This document shows positions 37,423 through 47,864 of a stretch of DNA of 64,000 nucleotides, one piece after another. The translations under genes and the position numbers were made by a program. Source of the stretch: Candidatus Latescibacterota bacterium (GTDB taxonomy: Bacteria; Latescibacterota; UBA2968; UBA8231); contig OY730476.1 in assembly GCA_963422735.1 (NCBI GenBank), positions 640,001 through 704,000 of the forward strand, in the 5' to 3' direction. Each line of letters starts with the position of its first letter. The stretch's first letter is position 1. Under the pieces are notes generated by a model. That model worked only from the letters and a program-made list of their open reading frames with translations. It was not told the origin of the DNA and did not search any database.

Positions 37423-38339
37423 GCAGCCACGGAAGCCGCAGTCGCCTCTAAGTCGTATCCGCCCTCTAGCAAGGAGACGAGGCGTCCCTCGCAGTGGTGG
37501 GCGGCTAGTTGGAGCACCAACTCGGTCAGCTTGCCATAGCACTCTGCGCTGAGCAGGATTTGCCCTAGGGGGTCGCTGCGGTGGGCGTCAAAACCGGCCG
37601 ACAGGAGGATGAAGTCGGGTTGGAACCGGTCTATGGCCGGGGCGATGGTGTCGGCGAAGTGGCGCAGGTAATCGGCATTGGTGCTGCCGGCCGGAACCGG
37701 GATATTCAAGGTTTGGCCGGATCCTGCTCCCATCCCGCACTCGTCGGCCGCACCGGTGCCCGGATAGAGGGGAGATTGGTGGATGCTGCAAAAAAACACC
37801 GAGCCGTCGGCCTCAAAGATGTGCTGCGTCCCATTGCCGTGATGGACGTCCCAGTCGATGATCGCCACTTTGTCGCAGCCGCATTCGGCCCGCAAATAGT
37901 GCGCAGCGACCGCTGCGTTGTTGAAGAAGCAAAAGCCCATGATTTGCTCGACTTCGGCGTGATGACCCGGGGGCCGCATGCAGCAAAAGGCATGGTCGGC
38001 GCGGCCGGCGAGCAGGGAGTCGATGGCGGTTAAAGGAGCACCGGCCGCGAGCAGGGCGGCGCGATACGTGCTTGGAGAGGTTGCGGTGTCTTGGCTTACA
38101 TAGGCGGGGCGCTCGATTCGTGCGAGGGCTGCTACTCGCTCCAAGTGGGCCGGCGAGTGGGCTCTGAGCAGGGCGCGACGCGGTGCCAACCGCGGATGCA
38201 GGTGCAGAACCTCGTCCCAGAGCGAGTGGTCTTTTAGATGCTGGACAATGGATTCCAACCGCGCGCGGTGCTCTGGATGACCCTCGCCTGTGTCGTGCAG
38301 CAAGGCGTCGGGGTGGTAGATCAAGGCCGTCCTAGCCAC
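37395..38339 (-). CDS. histone deacetylase-family amidohydrolase
   Basis: HPE, RPPGHHA, GFCFFNN, DWDVHHGNGTQ, SAGFDAH, LEGGY. Confidence 0.95.
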   Translation of the reverse strand: MARTALIYHPDALLHDTGEGHPEHRARLESIVQHLKDHSLWDEVLHLHPRLAPRRALLRAHSPAHLERVAALARIERPAYVSQDTATSPSTYRAALLAAGAPLTAIDSLLAGRADHAFCCMRPPGHHAEVEQIMGFCFFNNAAVAAHYLRAECGCDKVAIIDWDVHHGNGTQHIFEADGSVFFCSIHQSPLYPGTGAADECGMGAGSGQTLNIPVPAGSTNADYLRHFADTIAPAIDRFQPDFILLSAGFDAHRSDPLGQILLSAECYGKLTELVLQLAAHHCEGRLVSLLEGGYDLEATAASVAAHLSALLSA

Positions 38340-38793
38340 AGCTTACCACTTCTCCTGCGTCTATGGATGTAATAGCGCAGCGTCCGAGGATGCGGATGTC
38401 CTCGGCGATTGCCGCATCGTCCAAGGCAGCAGAGTCGCACCAGCGCAATTGCGTGGATTCGCGGGGATTGATGCGGGCGCGTCCGCTTACTACGCGGCTA
38501 AAGTAAATCAGGTCTATGTGCTGATGGCCCGGTTCGATATCCTCTAGGAGGATACACGCGGGGCGGTACAGGACAGCGACCTGTCCCCACTGCTGTTGTC
38601 GGCCCAGCAACTCGACGGTCAGTCCGGTTTCTTCGCGCACTTCGCGGAGGGCGGCTTCTTCGGGTAGTTCGCCCGGGTCAATGTGCCCGCCCGGGGGCAG
38701 CCAAGCCTGCATTTTTTTGTGCCATAGCAAGAGGGTGGCTCCCTCGTGGACGACGAAGGTGGTCGCCGTAAAGTCGCGGGTAATCGCCGCCAA
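38332..38793 (-). CDS. NUDIX hydrolase
   Basis: GGHIDPGELPEEAALREVREETGL Nudix box, HQHIDLIY; start uncertain (TTG 38793 chosen). Confidence 0.9.
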   Translation of the reverse strand: MAAITRDFTATTFVVHEGATLLLWHKKMQAWLPPGGHIDPGELPEEAALREVREETGLTVELLGRQQQWGQVAVLYRPACILLEDIEPGHQHIDLIYFSRVVSGRARINPRESTQLRWCDSAALDDAAIAEDIRILGRCAITSIDAGEVVSCG

Positions 38794-38975
38794 GAGCCGC
38801 TCGTTGTAGCGCGTGATAAAGAGGAACCAAGGGTGCGCGTTACCGCGCCGGAGAGTCAATATAGCCGGTCGCCCAGTGAAAAGAAAGCCCGCGACAGACA
38901 CACGCTGCATTGACCAATGTTGCTCGCCAATTATTTTACAAGTCTTGCTTTAGATTCTTTCAGATTGAGAGTGAT

Positions 38976-40169
38976 ATGGCTACTGAGATCGTCATGCCCA
39001 AGTTGGGGTTGACTATGGAAAGCGGCGCAATAAGCGCTTGGTTGGTAGAAGAGGGCCAAAAAGTGCAAAAGGGCCAGGCCTTGTTGGAAATCGCCACCGA
39101 CAAAGTGACCATGGAAGTCGAGGCGCAGGCCGACGGAATCCTGCGCAAAATTCTGGTGCCGGTCGGCCAAGCAGTACCGGTATCGACGACGATCGGCGTC
39201 ATTGCCGCCGCTGATGAAGACATTGGCTCGTACGTCGCCGCTGCTGCGAGCGACCCCGCTCCACCCGCTCCGGCCTCGCCGACCCCAGCCCCACAGGCTC
39301 TGGCCCCCTCCGCTGATTCCGATGGACGTCGGCCACATAAGACCTCGCCCAAAGCGCGGAAAATAGCGGCCGAGCACGGCCTCGCCCTGTCCGGCGTCAG
39401 CGGCAGTGGCCCCGGGGGCCGGATCGTTAGCGCCGATGTGCTGGCCTTGGTCGAGCAAACTCGGCTAGCTCCGGCTCCAGCCCCAGCCCCGGTCTCCGAA
39501 GGGCGCATTGAGCTAAGCCGGGCCGAGCAAGTAGCCGCCGAGCGGTTGACGGCTAGCTACCAACAGATCCCCCACATCCACCTCAGCATGGACGTATCGG
39601 CCGTGTGGTTGCAGCAATTCCGCACCGGCTACCAACTAGAGGGCAAAAAAATCTCCTTCAACGATCTAATCGTCAAAGCCACGGCCCGCACCCTAAGCGA
39701 ATTTCCCCGCGTCAACAGCTTGGCAGAGGGCGGTCATTTCCGCTACGCCTCCCAAGTCAACGTCGGCATTGCCGTGGCGGCTGAGCAGGGCTTGGTGGTT
39801 CCGGTCATTCGCGACGCGGCCGAAAAGACAGTCGAGGAAATCGCCTTAGAAGGGACGAGAATGATCGACGCGGCGCGCCGCGGCCAGTTGCGCCCCGACG
39901 ACATGCTGGGCGGCACCTTTACCATCTCGAACTTGGGGATGTTCGGCATCTCCCGCTTTACTGCGATCATCAATCCTCCCCAAGTGGCGATCTTGGCCGT
40001 CGGAGCCATAGAAAACCGGGTGGTAGCCTCGGGGGCAGACGCATTTGCCGTGCGTCCGCAGCTAACCCTGACGCTGGCCGCCGATCACCGCGTCGTCGAT
40101 GGTGCGCTAAGCGCCCGATTTCTCGTGCGGCTCAAGGAAGTACTGGAAACGCCCGGTTTGCTCGGCTAG
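38976..40169 (+). CDS. 2-oxoacid dehydrogenase E2 dihydrolipoamide acyltransferase (single lipoyl domain)
   Basis: MPKLG, IATDKV lipoyl-Lys, SPKARKIA E3-binding domain, TISNLG, DHRVVDG. Confidence 0.93.
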   Translation: MATEIVMPKLGLTMESGAISAWLVEEGQKVQKGQALLEIATDKVTMEVEAQADGILRKILVPVGQAVPVSTTIGVIAAADEDIGSYVAAAASDPAPPAPASPTPAPQALAPSADSDGRRPHKTSPKARKIAAEHGLALSGVSGSGPGGRIVSADVLALVEQTRLAPAPAPAPVSEGRIELSRAEQVAAERLTASYQQIPHIHLSMDVSAVWLQQFRTGYQLEGKKISFNDLIVKATARTLSEFPRVNSLAEGGHFRYASQVNVGIAVAAEQGLVVPVIRDAAEKTVEEIALEGTRMIDAARRGQLRPDDMLGGTFTISNLGMFGISRFTAIINPPQVAILAVGAIENRVVASGADAFAVRPQLTLTLAADHRVVDGALSARFLVRLKEVLETPGLLG

Positions 40170-40181
40170 CAGTTCCTCACC

Positions 40182-40210
40182 TTGACCACATCTAGGCCGC
40201 CATTTATCTT
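40182..40210 (+). promoter_or_regulatory. sigma70-type promoter for ftsH
   Basis: TTGACC-N17-TATCTT. Confidence 0.6.
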
Positions 40211-40288
40211 CAAAACCGCAAAAATTTGGCCCTTTTACCCTTGTGTACCGGGGGTGGAAGAGCGCGTCCTGGCATCGGAAAATAGCGC

Positions 40289-42187
40289 ATGAAATTTGAG
40301 AAAAAGACCCAGCTTTCCATTGCGTACGCCGTCCTTACGCTGCTCCTGCTCCTGAGCCTGCAAAACTATTTCGCCAACCAAGTTGAAACTCTTCCGTATA
40401 GCCAGTTCCGGGCGTGGATCAAAAGCGGGCAGGTCATTGAGTGTACCTTTAGTGGTGAGTTCATTCACGGCCACGCCAATGTCGATGGCCAAGAGATCAG
40501 CTTCCGCACCGCCGCCATAGACGATCCCGAGATCATCGGCCTACTCGAAGAACACCAAGTCGAGTTTACCCGCCAGCCCAGCAACAATTGGTTCACTCAG
40601 CTTTTGTCCTGGATCCTGCCCGCGCTAATTTTCGTGGGAATCTGGCTGTTTATCGCCCGTCGCTTGAGCGGAGGTGCCGGTGGCTTGATGTCCATCGGCA
40701 AGAGCAAGGCCAAGGTGTACATGGAGAAGGGGACGGGCATTACCTTTGACGACGTGGCGGGCATTGACGAAGCCAAAGAAGAGTTGCTGGAGATCGTCGA
40801 GTTTTTGCGCACCCCCGAGCGCTTTCAGGCCCTCGGGGGCCGGATTCCGCGCGGGGTCTTACTCGTGGGGTCTCCGGGCACGGGTAAGACCCTGTTGGCC
40901 AAGGCCGTCGCCGGCGAGGCGAGCGTGCCCTTTTTCTCCCTCAGCGGCTCGGATTTTGTCGAGATGTTCGTCGGGGTGGGAGCCGCGCGAGTGCGCGACC
41001 TTTTTGAACAGGCCAAAAAACACGCCCCGGCCATTATCTTCATCGACGAGCTCGACGCCTTGGGCAAGGCTCGAGGGGCCGGTTCTTTTGGCGGCCACGA
41101 CGAGCGCGAGCAGACGCTCAACCAGCTCCTCACCGAGCTCGACGGCTTCGACACCAACGCCGGCGTAATCCTCATGGCGGCGACCAACCGGCCGGAAATC
41201 CTCGACCCGGCCTTGCTGCGCCCCGGCCGCTTTGACCGCATTGTGGCCGTGGATCGGCCCGATGTCAAGGGGCGCGCCGCCATCCTCCAGATCCATGCCA
41301 AGGAGGTCAAGCTGGCCCCGGACGTAGATCTACACAAACTGGCCGTGCGCACTCCGGGTTTTGCTGGTGCGGACTTGGCCAATATCGTCAATGAAGCGGC
41401 TCTATTGGCGGCGCGGAGAGATAAAAATTCCATCACCATGTCCGAGCTAGAAGAGGCGATTGAGCGCTCGGTGGCCGGACTGGAGCGCAAAAGCCGCGTG
41501 CTCAATGAGAAGGAGCGCCGGATCGTCGCGTACCACGAAGCTGGGCACGCCATCGTCGGCGAGGTTTTGCCCGAGGCCAATCCCGTGCAGAAGATATCCA
41601 TCGTATCGCGGGGTATCGCCGCCTTGGGCTACACGCTGAATATGCCGCTGGAGGACCGCTATCTAATGACCAAGGAGGAGTTGCAGGACGCCTTGGCCGC
41701 GATCTTGGGCGGCCGGGCGGCCGAGGAGATCGTCTTTGGCGAGATATCCACCGGTGCGGCCAACGACTTGCAGCAGGCCACGCAAATGGCCGAGCGGATG
41801 GTCAAAGAGTTCGGCATGAGCCAGCGGATTGGCTTGGTGGCCCACCGAACGGACCGCTCGCAACAGGTACTGGGCATGCCCCTAGCTGAGCGCACGTACA
41901 GCGATGAGACGGCCAAGCTCATCGACGAGGAAATCAAGAGCATCATCGGCGCGGGGTACGTGCGGGCCAAGGCCCTGCTCACTCAGCATCGGCAAGCACT
42001 GGAGGATGTCGTTGAGATACTCTTTGAGGAAGAGGTGATGGACGGCGACCAACTACGCAACTTACTCGCGAAGCACGGGATAGAGCTGTCACTTAGGCCG
42101 GAACAAGAGGCGTCGCCCGACAGCCATGCCGCCGAGCCGCAGGCCAACGGCAATGCTCCGCAGTCGGAAGAGCGCGAGGTTCCCTAG
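40289..42187 (+). CDS. ftsH: ATP-dependent zinc metalloprotease FtsH
   Basis: Two TMs, [39 protein letters not shown]. Confidence 0.96.
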   Translation: MKFEKKTQLSIAYAVLTLLLLLSLQNYFANQVETLPYSQFRAWIKSGQVIECTFSGEFIHGHANVDGQEISFRTAAIDDPEIIGLLEEHQVEFTRQPSNNWFTQLLSWILPALIFVGIWLFIARRLSGGAGGLMSIGKSKAKVYMEKGTGITFDDVAGIDEAKEELLEIVEFLRTPERFQALGGRIPRGVLLVGSPGTGKTLLAKAVAGEASVPFFSLSGSDFVEMFVGVGAARVRDLFEQAKKHAPAIIFIDELDALGKARGAGSFGGHDEREQTLNQLLTELDGFDTNAGVILMAATNRPEILDPALLRPGRFDRIVAVDRPDVKGRAAILQIHAKEVKLAPDVDLHKLAVRTPGFAGADLANIVNEAALLAARRDKNSITMSELEEAIERSVAGLERKSRVLNEKERRIVAYHEAGHAIVGEVLPEANPVQKISIVSRGIAALGYTLNMPLEDRYLMTKEELQDALAAILGGRAAEEIVFGEISTGAANDLQQATQMAERMVKEFGMSQRIGLVAHRTDRSQQVLGMPLAERTYSDETAKLIDEEIKSIIGAGYVRAKALLTQHRQALEDVVEILFEEEVMDGDQLRNLLAKHGIELSLRPEQEASPDSHAAEPQANGNAPQSEEREVP

Positions 42188-42639
42188 CCCACGGCGGCGA
42201 TGACTTCCAACTCGACGGCTGCTCCCAGCGGCAAGCCGGCGACGCCGATGGCCAAGCGTGCGTGCATCCCCTTATTTCCGAGGACTGAGGCCAGCAGATC
42301 GGAAGCGCCATTGACCACGTCGGCGTGTGCCGAAAAACCGGGTGCTGCAGCTACGTATCCTCCCAAGCGGACAATGGAGACGGCGTCGAGGTCGCCGGTT
42401 TCGGCTTTGAGAGTGCTCAGGGCGTTGAGGGCGCACAACTTGGCGGCGGCATACCCCGCTTCGACATCCAAGTTCTCACCCACAATTCCCGCGTATTGAA
42501 TCCGGCCGGCTAGTAGAGGCAACTGACCTGAGACGAAGATCAAAGGGCCACTTTGCACTGCGCGAGTATAGCTGCCGGCTGGTTGAGGCGGAGGGGGAAG
42601 TTGTAGGTTTAGGTTTCTTAGTTTTTTCTCCACAGACAT
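42184..42639 (-). CDS. RidA/YjgF-family protein
   Basis: [34 protein letters not shown]. Confidence 0.9.
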   Translation of the reverse strand: MSVEKKLRNLNLQLPPPPQPAGSYTRAVQSGPLIFVSGQLPLLAGRIQYAGIVGENLDVEAGYAAAKLCALNALSTLKAETGDLDAVSIVRLGGYVAAAPGFSAHADVVNGASDLLASVLGNKGMHARLAIGVAGLPLGAAVELEVIAAVG

Positions 42640-42712
42640 GTTGAATCTCCTATGGCTTCGGGCTAGTTAGCGCGAGTAATATAGCGCGCCTAATGTCTCC
42701 AGCAAAAGAGCG

Positions 42713-43939
42713 ATGCACAGCGTGATATCCGTCAGAGGAAGCGTCCTCGAACCCTTGGCCAATGGCGATTTCGTGCGCCTGTGGTTGGCCAATGGCCTTT
42801 GGTGGCAGGCTATGTGGATGGAGATGCTGGCGCTGGGGTGGCTGGCTTTGGAGCTGACCAATTCTCCGTGGTGGGTCCAGGTCATCGGCTTTTACCGAGC
42901 CATCCCCCTGCTGATTATGGGTTTGTTCGGCGCGGTGATTACCGATCGCTTTAAGCGGCGCTACATCGTGTGGACCCTGCAGTTGATCAATGTGTTGGGG
43001 ACGGGGCTGTTGGCGCTCTTGCTCTTTTGGGGACGGCTCGAACTGTGGCATTTATCGGTGGTGTCGCTGGCACTGGGGGCCTCTTGGGCACTGGATTGGC
43101 CGACCCGGCGCAGCATGGTGCCCGATCTAGTCGGCAAAGCCCGCACGGTCGATGCCATGGTGCTAGAGAATGTCATTCAGGGATTTACGCGCATTGCTGG
43201 CCCCCTAGCGGCGGGCTATGTCACAGCGGCCTACGGCAGCTTGGGTGCCCTGCTGGTGTTGGTTGGGCTGGGTACCTTGGCGCTGTTCTTGTTGGCGGGC
43301 CTCAAGACAGACTCCAAGGCACCCAGTGCAGGTACGTGGGCGGCAGGATGGGCCGGGCGACAGGGGTGGGCCAGTATGCGGGCTTCTGCTCCTATATTCG
43401 GCGTTTTTCTCATCACGATCTTTATGAATGTCTGGGCTTTTCCCTACATGAACCTGCTGCCGGTTTTCGCGCGCGACGTATTCGGCCGCGGCCCGGAGGG
43501 CATGGGGTGGTTGGGCGCGGCTAGTGGGGGCGGGGCGATTGTGGGCTTGGCCGCGGTCCAGCTAAGCCGCAGTAAGCTGAGCAACGAATGGATCTTTGTC
43601 GCCGGCTCGTTGCTATCGTGTACGGGCCTCGTCGCCTTTGCCTTGAGCGGGACCTTTGGCCTCGCCTTGGTAATGCTGTTTTGCTCTGGGCTGGGGCAGG
43701 CGGGCTTTAGCATTATGCAGAGCAGCATCATCTTGGTCGAATCCTCGGACGAGATGCGGAGCCGTGCGATGAGCACCTTGGTCGTGGCCATTGGCGTTGG
43801 CCCCTTTGGCCGCTTGCAGAGCGGGGCGCTGGCCGAGGCTTGGGGCGCACAAGGAGCCGTGGGTGTCATGGCGCTGCTGGCGGGGCTGGGGACTGTGGGG
43901 GCGGCGGTTTTGGTGCGGGGGTTTGTAGGTAGGAGGTAG
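42713..43939 (+). CDS. MFS transporter
   Basis: 12-TM pattern, GAVITDRFKRR motif A, PTRRSMVPDLV, EMRSRAMS; start may be GTG 42722. Confidence 0.9.
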   Translation: MHSVISVRGSVLEPLANGDFVRLWLANGLWWQAMWMEMLALGWLALELTNSPWWVQVIGFYRAIPLLIMGLFGAVITDRFKRRYIVWTLQLINVLGTGLLALLLFWGRLELWHLSVVSLALGASWALDWPTRRSMVPDLVGKARTVDAMVLENVIQGFTRIAGPLAAGYVTAAYGSLGALLVLVGLGTLALFLLAGLKTDSKAPSAGTWAAGWAGRQGWASMRASAPIFGVFLITIFMNVWAFPYMNLLPVFARDVFGRGPEGMGWLGAASGGGAIVGLAAVQLSRSKLSNEWIFVAGSLLSCTGLVAFALSGTFGLALVMLFCSGLGQAGFSIMQSSIILVESSDEMRSRAMSTLVVAIGVGPFGRLQSGALAEAWGAQGAVGVMALLAGLGTVGAAVLVRGFVGRR

Positions 43940-44023
43940 GTCTGGACACATCCCCAGTTGCACACTTTGTCGTTTCATAGAATTTATCCACCCCAGCAAC
44001 GACCTATTAAAGGAGCATGTCCC

Positions 44024-45316
44024 GTGTCCCAGTCTTTGTTCAGCGACGCCAGCCAACGGCTCGATGAAGCCCTTGATTACGCGTCCATTTCCGAGGATGC
44101 CATTGAGCGGCTCAAGTTGCCTAAGTCGAGTTTGAAAGTCTCCATCCCAGTGCGCATGGACAACGGCGAGTTACGCATTTTCCCGGGTTATCGAGTGCGC
44201 TACGACGACACCCGAGGTCCCACCAAAGGCGGCATTCGCTACCACCAAGACGTGTCCAGCGACGAGGTCCAGTCCCTAGCCTTTTGGATGACCTTCAAAT
44301 GCGCGGTGGCCAATTTGCCCTTTGGCGGCGGCAAAGGCGGCATCACGGTCAATCCCAAGGAACTGTCCCATTTAGAGCTGGAACGCCTTAGCCGGGGCTA
44401 CATCGACGCCGTGGCCGACTTCATCGGCCCGGACATCGACATTCCGGCACCGGACGTCTATACCAATAAGATGATCATGGGCTGGATGGTGGATGAGTAC
44501 AGCATTATCAAACGGCAGATCACCCCCGCGGTCATCACCGGCAAGCCCTTGACTATGGGGGGCAGTCTAGGGCGCGACACGGCGACCGCGATGGGAGCCT
44601 TTTTCGCCATCGAGGCGACTTGGCCCAAGCTCGGCTTAAGCGGCTCGCCTGCCACCACGACTGTGGCCGTGCAAGGCTTTGGCAATGCCGGAGCCATCGT
44701 CGCCGAATTGCTCTTCAATGCCGGTTACAAGGTCGTGGCCGTAAGCGACTCTAAGGGAGGCATTTATCGGCGCAAAGGACTCGATATCCCCAGCGTGCGC
44801 CAGTTCAAGGATTCGACCCGCACCCTCAAAGCAGTGTACTGCGAAGGCACGGTATGCAGCATCGTCGAGCACGAGACCATCACCAACGAGGAGTTGCTCG
44901 CGCTCGACGTCGATATCTTGGCCCCGGCGGCCTTGGAAAACCAGATCACCGAGGTCAACGCCCGCGACATTAAGGCCAAGGCAGTGTACGAACTGGCCAA
45001 CGGCCCCACCACGCCGGGTGCCGACGAGATCCTGCGACAACGAGACGTGATAGTATTCCCCGACATCTTGGTCAACGCCGGCGGCGTGACCGTGAGCTAT
45101 TTCGAGTGGGTTCAGAATCGCCAGGGTCTGTACTGGACCCTAGAGGAAGTCAACCAGCGGCTCAAGCAGATGATAGTCGAGGAGACCGAGCGCATTTGGG
45201 CCATTGCCCAAGAGCAGGGCATCGCGCCGCGCACCGCGGCGTACGTCCACGCCTTGAACCGGATCGGCGACGCAGTCCAAGCCAAAGGAACCAAAGATTA
45301 CTTCACAGATGGGTAG
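44024..45316 (+). CDS. gdhA: Glu/Leu/Phe/Val dehydrogenase (glutamate dehydrogenase)
   Basis: GPTKGGIRY, MTFKCA, PFGGGKGG, QGFGNAG, NAGGVTVSYFEW; AAGGAG 8 nt before GTG 44024. Confidence 0.92.
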   Translation: MSQSLFSDASQRLDEALDYASISEDAIERLKLPKSSLKVSIPVRMDNGELRIFPGYRVRYDDTRGPTKGGIRYHQDVSSDEVQSLAFWMTFKCAVANLPFGGGKGGITVNPKELSHLELERLSRGYIDAVADFIGPDIDIPAPDVYTNKMIMGWMVDEYSIIKRQITPAVITGKPLTMGGSLGRDTATAMGAFFAIEATWPKLGLSGSPATTTVAVQGFGNAGAIVAELLFNAGYKVVAVSDSKGGIYRRKGLDIPSVRQFKDSTRTLKAVYCEGTVCSIVEHETITNEELLALDVDILAPAALENQITEVNARDIKAKAVYELANGPTTPGADEILRQRDVIVFPDILVNAGGVTVSYFEWVQNRQGLYWTLEEVNQRLKQMIVEETERIWAIAQEQGIAPRTAAYVHALNRIGDAVQAKGTKDYFTDG

Positions 45317-45384
45317 GGGCGAGACCTGCTGGCTTAGGGATTAGAAAACCGGACGACCGAGGTAGTTCTAACACCCAGAGTTGG

Positions 45385-45791
45385 CCAATATTTCCTGCTC
45401 GTCTTCTTCGGCCTCGTCGGCAGCGTCTGGGCGCAAACCGCTCCAGTGCATACGCTCAGCGGATACGTCGTAGATGCCGCCAGCGGCGAGAAACGGATCA
45501 GCGCGGTCTTGTACGAGCCTGACTCTGCAGAAGGGTACCACGACCAACCGCTACGGCTTTTTCAGCCGGACTCTGCAGGTGGTCGTCTTCCACATCGGCT
45601 ATCAGAGCGATACCCTCGCAACCCGGCTCGATTAGGACATGCAGCTAACCATCGCCCTCCAGCCCACCCCTCTAGAAATGGGCACCGTGCAAGTGGAGGC
45701 CGAGCCGGTGAGTGCGTACAGCAACGTGGAAAGCGGGTACGGGATTTTCGCCGGGTACAGTTGGCAAACTTTTGAACTAGTCCTCGAATGA
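45385..45791 (+). pseudogene. TonB-dependent receptor N-terminus fused to a DUF4249-like C-terminus
   Basis: Signal peptide ...VWAQ, TLSGYVVDAASGE, frameshift, TTTNRYGFFS, HIGYQ, in-frame TAG, IALQP...GTVQVEAE, then YSNVESGYGIFAGYS. Confidence 0.7.
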
Positions 45792-45847
45792 GCGCGGGGC
45801 GGAGCCGATGCGGGTGGTCCCTGCATCGGCTGGTAGCTGCCGCTGAA

Positions 45848-45876
45848 TTGACTATAGGAGGGACGGCGGCTATATT
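45848..45876 (+). promoter_or_regulatory. sigma70-type promoter
   Basis: TTGACT-N17-TATATT, 31 nt before ATG 45908. Confidence 0.7.
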
Positions 45877-45907
45877 GCGCGGGGTTCAAAAAGACACAGG
45901 AGACTCC

Positions 45908-46672
45908 ATGCCTACTTCAGCGATTGGCGCACAGTTGTTTACAGTGCGCGATTATACCAAAACCCCGGATGATATTCGCCAAACCTTCGCCAAAGTGCGA
46001 TCCCTCGGCTACGAGGCCGTGCAAGCCTCGGCCCTAGGGGCGATCTCGCTGGCCGAACTGGCCGCGATAAGTAAGGCCGAGGGGGTACAGATCGCTGCCA
46101 CGCACACCAGCTACCAGCGCATCTGCGACGATCCGCAGGCCGTCGTCGAGGAGCACCAGATGTGGGGGTGCCGCCACGTGGCCATCGGCGGCTTGCCCCA
46201 AGAATACCGGCACCGCGAGGGTTTTGTTCGCTTCGCGGCCGAGGCTTCGGAGGCCGCCCGTCCGCTCGTTGACGCGGGCCTAACCTTTAGCTACCACAAC
46301 CACAGTTTCGAGTTGGAGCGCTTCGAGGGGCGCACCGGGCTGGATATCCTCCGCGAGGAAAGCGATCCGGCGGTCTTTTCCTTTGAAATAGACACCTATT
46401 GGATCCAACACGGCGGCGGCAACCCGGTCTCGTGGTTAGACAGGTTCCGCGACCGCATGCACATCGTCCATCTAAAAGACCTGAGCATGGACGGCTCTAA
46501 GCAATGCTTTGCCGAAGTAGGGGAAGGGAACTTGGAATGGGGACCTATTCTCGCGGCCTGTAAAAGAGCACAGATCGAATGGTATTTGATCGAGCAAGAC
46601 ACCTGCCCGGGCGACCCCTTTGACAGCTTGGGTCTAAGCCTGCGCAACCTGCGGGCTATGGGCTTGGACTAG
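45908..46672 (+). CDS. sugar phosphate isomerase/epimerase (xylose isomerase-like TIM barrel)
   Basis: IGAQLFTVRD, YHNHSFE, FEIDTYW, HLKD, EVGEG, IEQD. Confidence 0.9.
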   Translation: MPTSAIGAQLFTVRDYTKTPDDIRQTFAKVRSLGYEAVQASALGAISLAELAAISKAEGVQIAATHTSYQRICDDPQAVVEEHQMWGCRHVAIGGLPQEYRHREGFVRFAAEASEAARPLVDAGLTFSYHNHSFELERFEGRTGLDILREESDPAVFSFEIDTYWIQHGGGNPVSWLDRFRDRMHIVHLKDLSMDGSKQCFAEVGEGNLEWGPILAACKRAQIEWYLIEQDTCPGDPFDSLGLSLRNLRAMGLD

Positions 46673-46682
46673 GAGGAAAATC

Positions 46683-47864
46683 ATGCAAGAAATTTTCGTT
46701 CCTTGGGCCGCTTGGTACGGCAAGGCTCCGTTCAAAATGGAATTTCCCGACCATTGGGAAGTGGCAGTTCATCCCATGCGAGGCGGGCCGGACATCGGCG
46801 ATGGCGGGATTCGCCGGGCACTGCAAGAGGCCATTGGTGCTCCGCCCCTGCGCGAATTCGCCCGCGGCCGGTCTTCAGCGGCCATCTTAGTTGACGACCT
46901 CTCGCGTCCCACGCCGGCTTTTCGGCTCTTGCCCTATATCCTCGAAGAGCTAGCCGCGGCCGGGATTGCAGCCGACGCCGTAAAGATCATCTGCGCGCTG
47001 GCTGCCCACCGCCCGATGACCCGCGACGATTTGGTCAAGAAGGTCGGGTTGGACATCGTCGATACCATGCAGGTGTTCAACCACAATGCCTACGAGAACT
47101 TGGAATTTTTAGGCTACTCCAGCCGGGGAGTGCCAATCTGGGTCAACCGCGATATGACCTCCTGCGAGGTCCGCATCGCTTTGGGGATGATCACGCCGCG
47201 CGGGGGGATGTTCGGCGGCGGGGCCAAATTGCTCATTCCCGGTGCTTGTGGGCAGCAGACGATTATGCTCAACCACCGCCACGTACACGAAAATTTTCGC
47301 GCACACCTATCCGAGGTGGCGAAGATGGCTGGGGTCAGTTATATCGTCAACCCACTGCTCAACGAGAACTTGGAGATCTCGGGCTTGGTCGCTGGGGATA
47401 CAGACGCAGCCTTTGATCGGGGTTGCGAGTTGGGGCGGGAACAGTATGCGACCCAAGTGCCCGACGCCTTTGACATTGGGGTGTTCAACGCTTTCCCCAA
47501 GGATACGGAACTCTGCCAAGCCGGGTTGGCCATGACGCCGTTGGGTGGAACAAAGAAAAATCCCTTCAACGAAAACTCGACCACTGTCATGTGCTCGGCT
47601 AGCCCGGAGGGGCTGGGTTGGCACTCGGTGTTAGGGCCGGGCACTGCGCTGCGGGGAAAGCCCAGCCCGCCGGCCCGGCGCACCATTCTATTTTCGCCTG
47701 GGATCAACAAGTGGGATGCGGCCCTGCTCTTTGGCGAGGGGGTTATTTTTTGCAAAACTTGGGAGGCCGTATTGAGCGAATTGGGAAAATACCACGGGGC
47801 TGGCGTGAAAGTGTCGGTCTTTCCGGCTGGTGCGCTGCAACGGGCAGCCGACGCCGGTTACTAG
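46683..47864 (+). CDS. LarA-family (DUF2088) nickel-pincer racemase/epimerase
   Basis: VDDLSRPTP, ALAAHRPM, FNHN, GVPIWVN, GGGAKLLIPG. Confidence 0.82.
   Translation: MQEIFVPWAAWYGKAPFKMEFPDHWEVAVHPMRGGPDIGDGGIRRALQEAIGAPPLREFARGRSSAAILVDDLSRPTPAFRLLPYILEELAAAGIAADAVKIICALAAHRPMTRDDLVKKVGLDIVDTMQVFNHNAYENLEFLGYSSRGVPIWVNRDMTSCEVRIALGMITPRGGMFGGGAKLLIPGACGQQTIMLNHRHVHENFRAHLSEVAKMAGVSYIVNPLLNENLEISGLVAGDTDAAFDRGCELGREQYATQVPDAFDIGVFNAFPKDTELCQAGLAMTPLGGTKKNPFNENSTTVMCSASPEGLGWHSVLGPGTALRGKPSPPARRTILFSPGINKWDAALLFGEGVIFCKTWEAVLSELGKYHGAGVKVSVFPAGALQRAADAGY

Noticed and set aside
39240-39500. Pro/Ala repeats (APAPAP) in E2
   Set aside because: Ordinary flexible linkers of E2 subunits.
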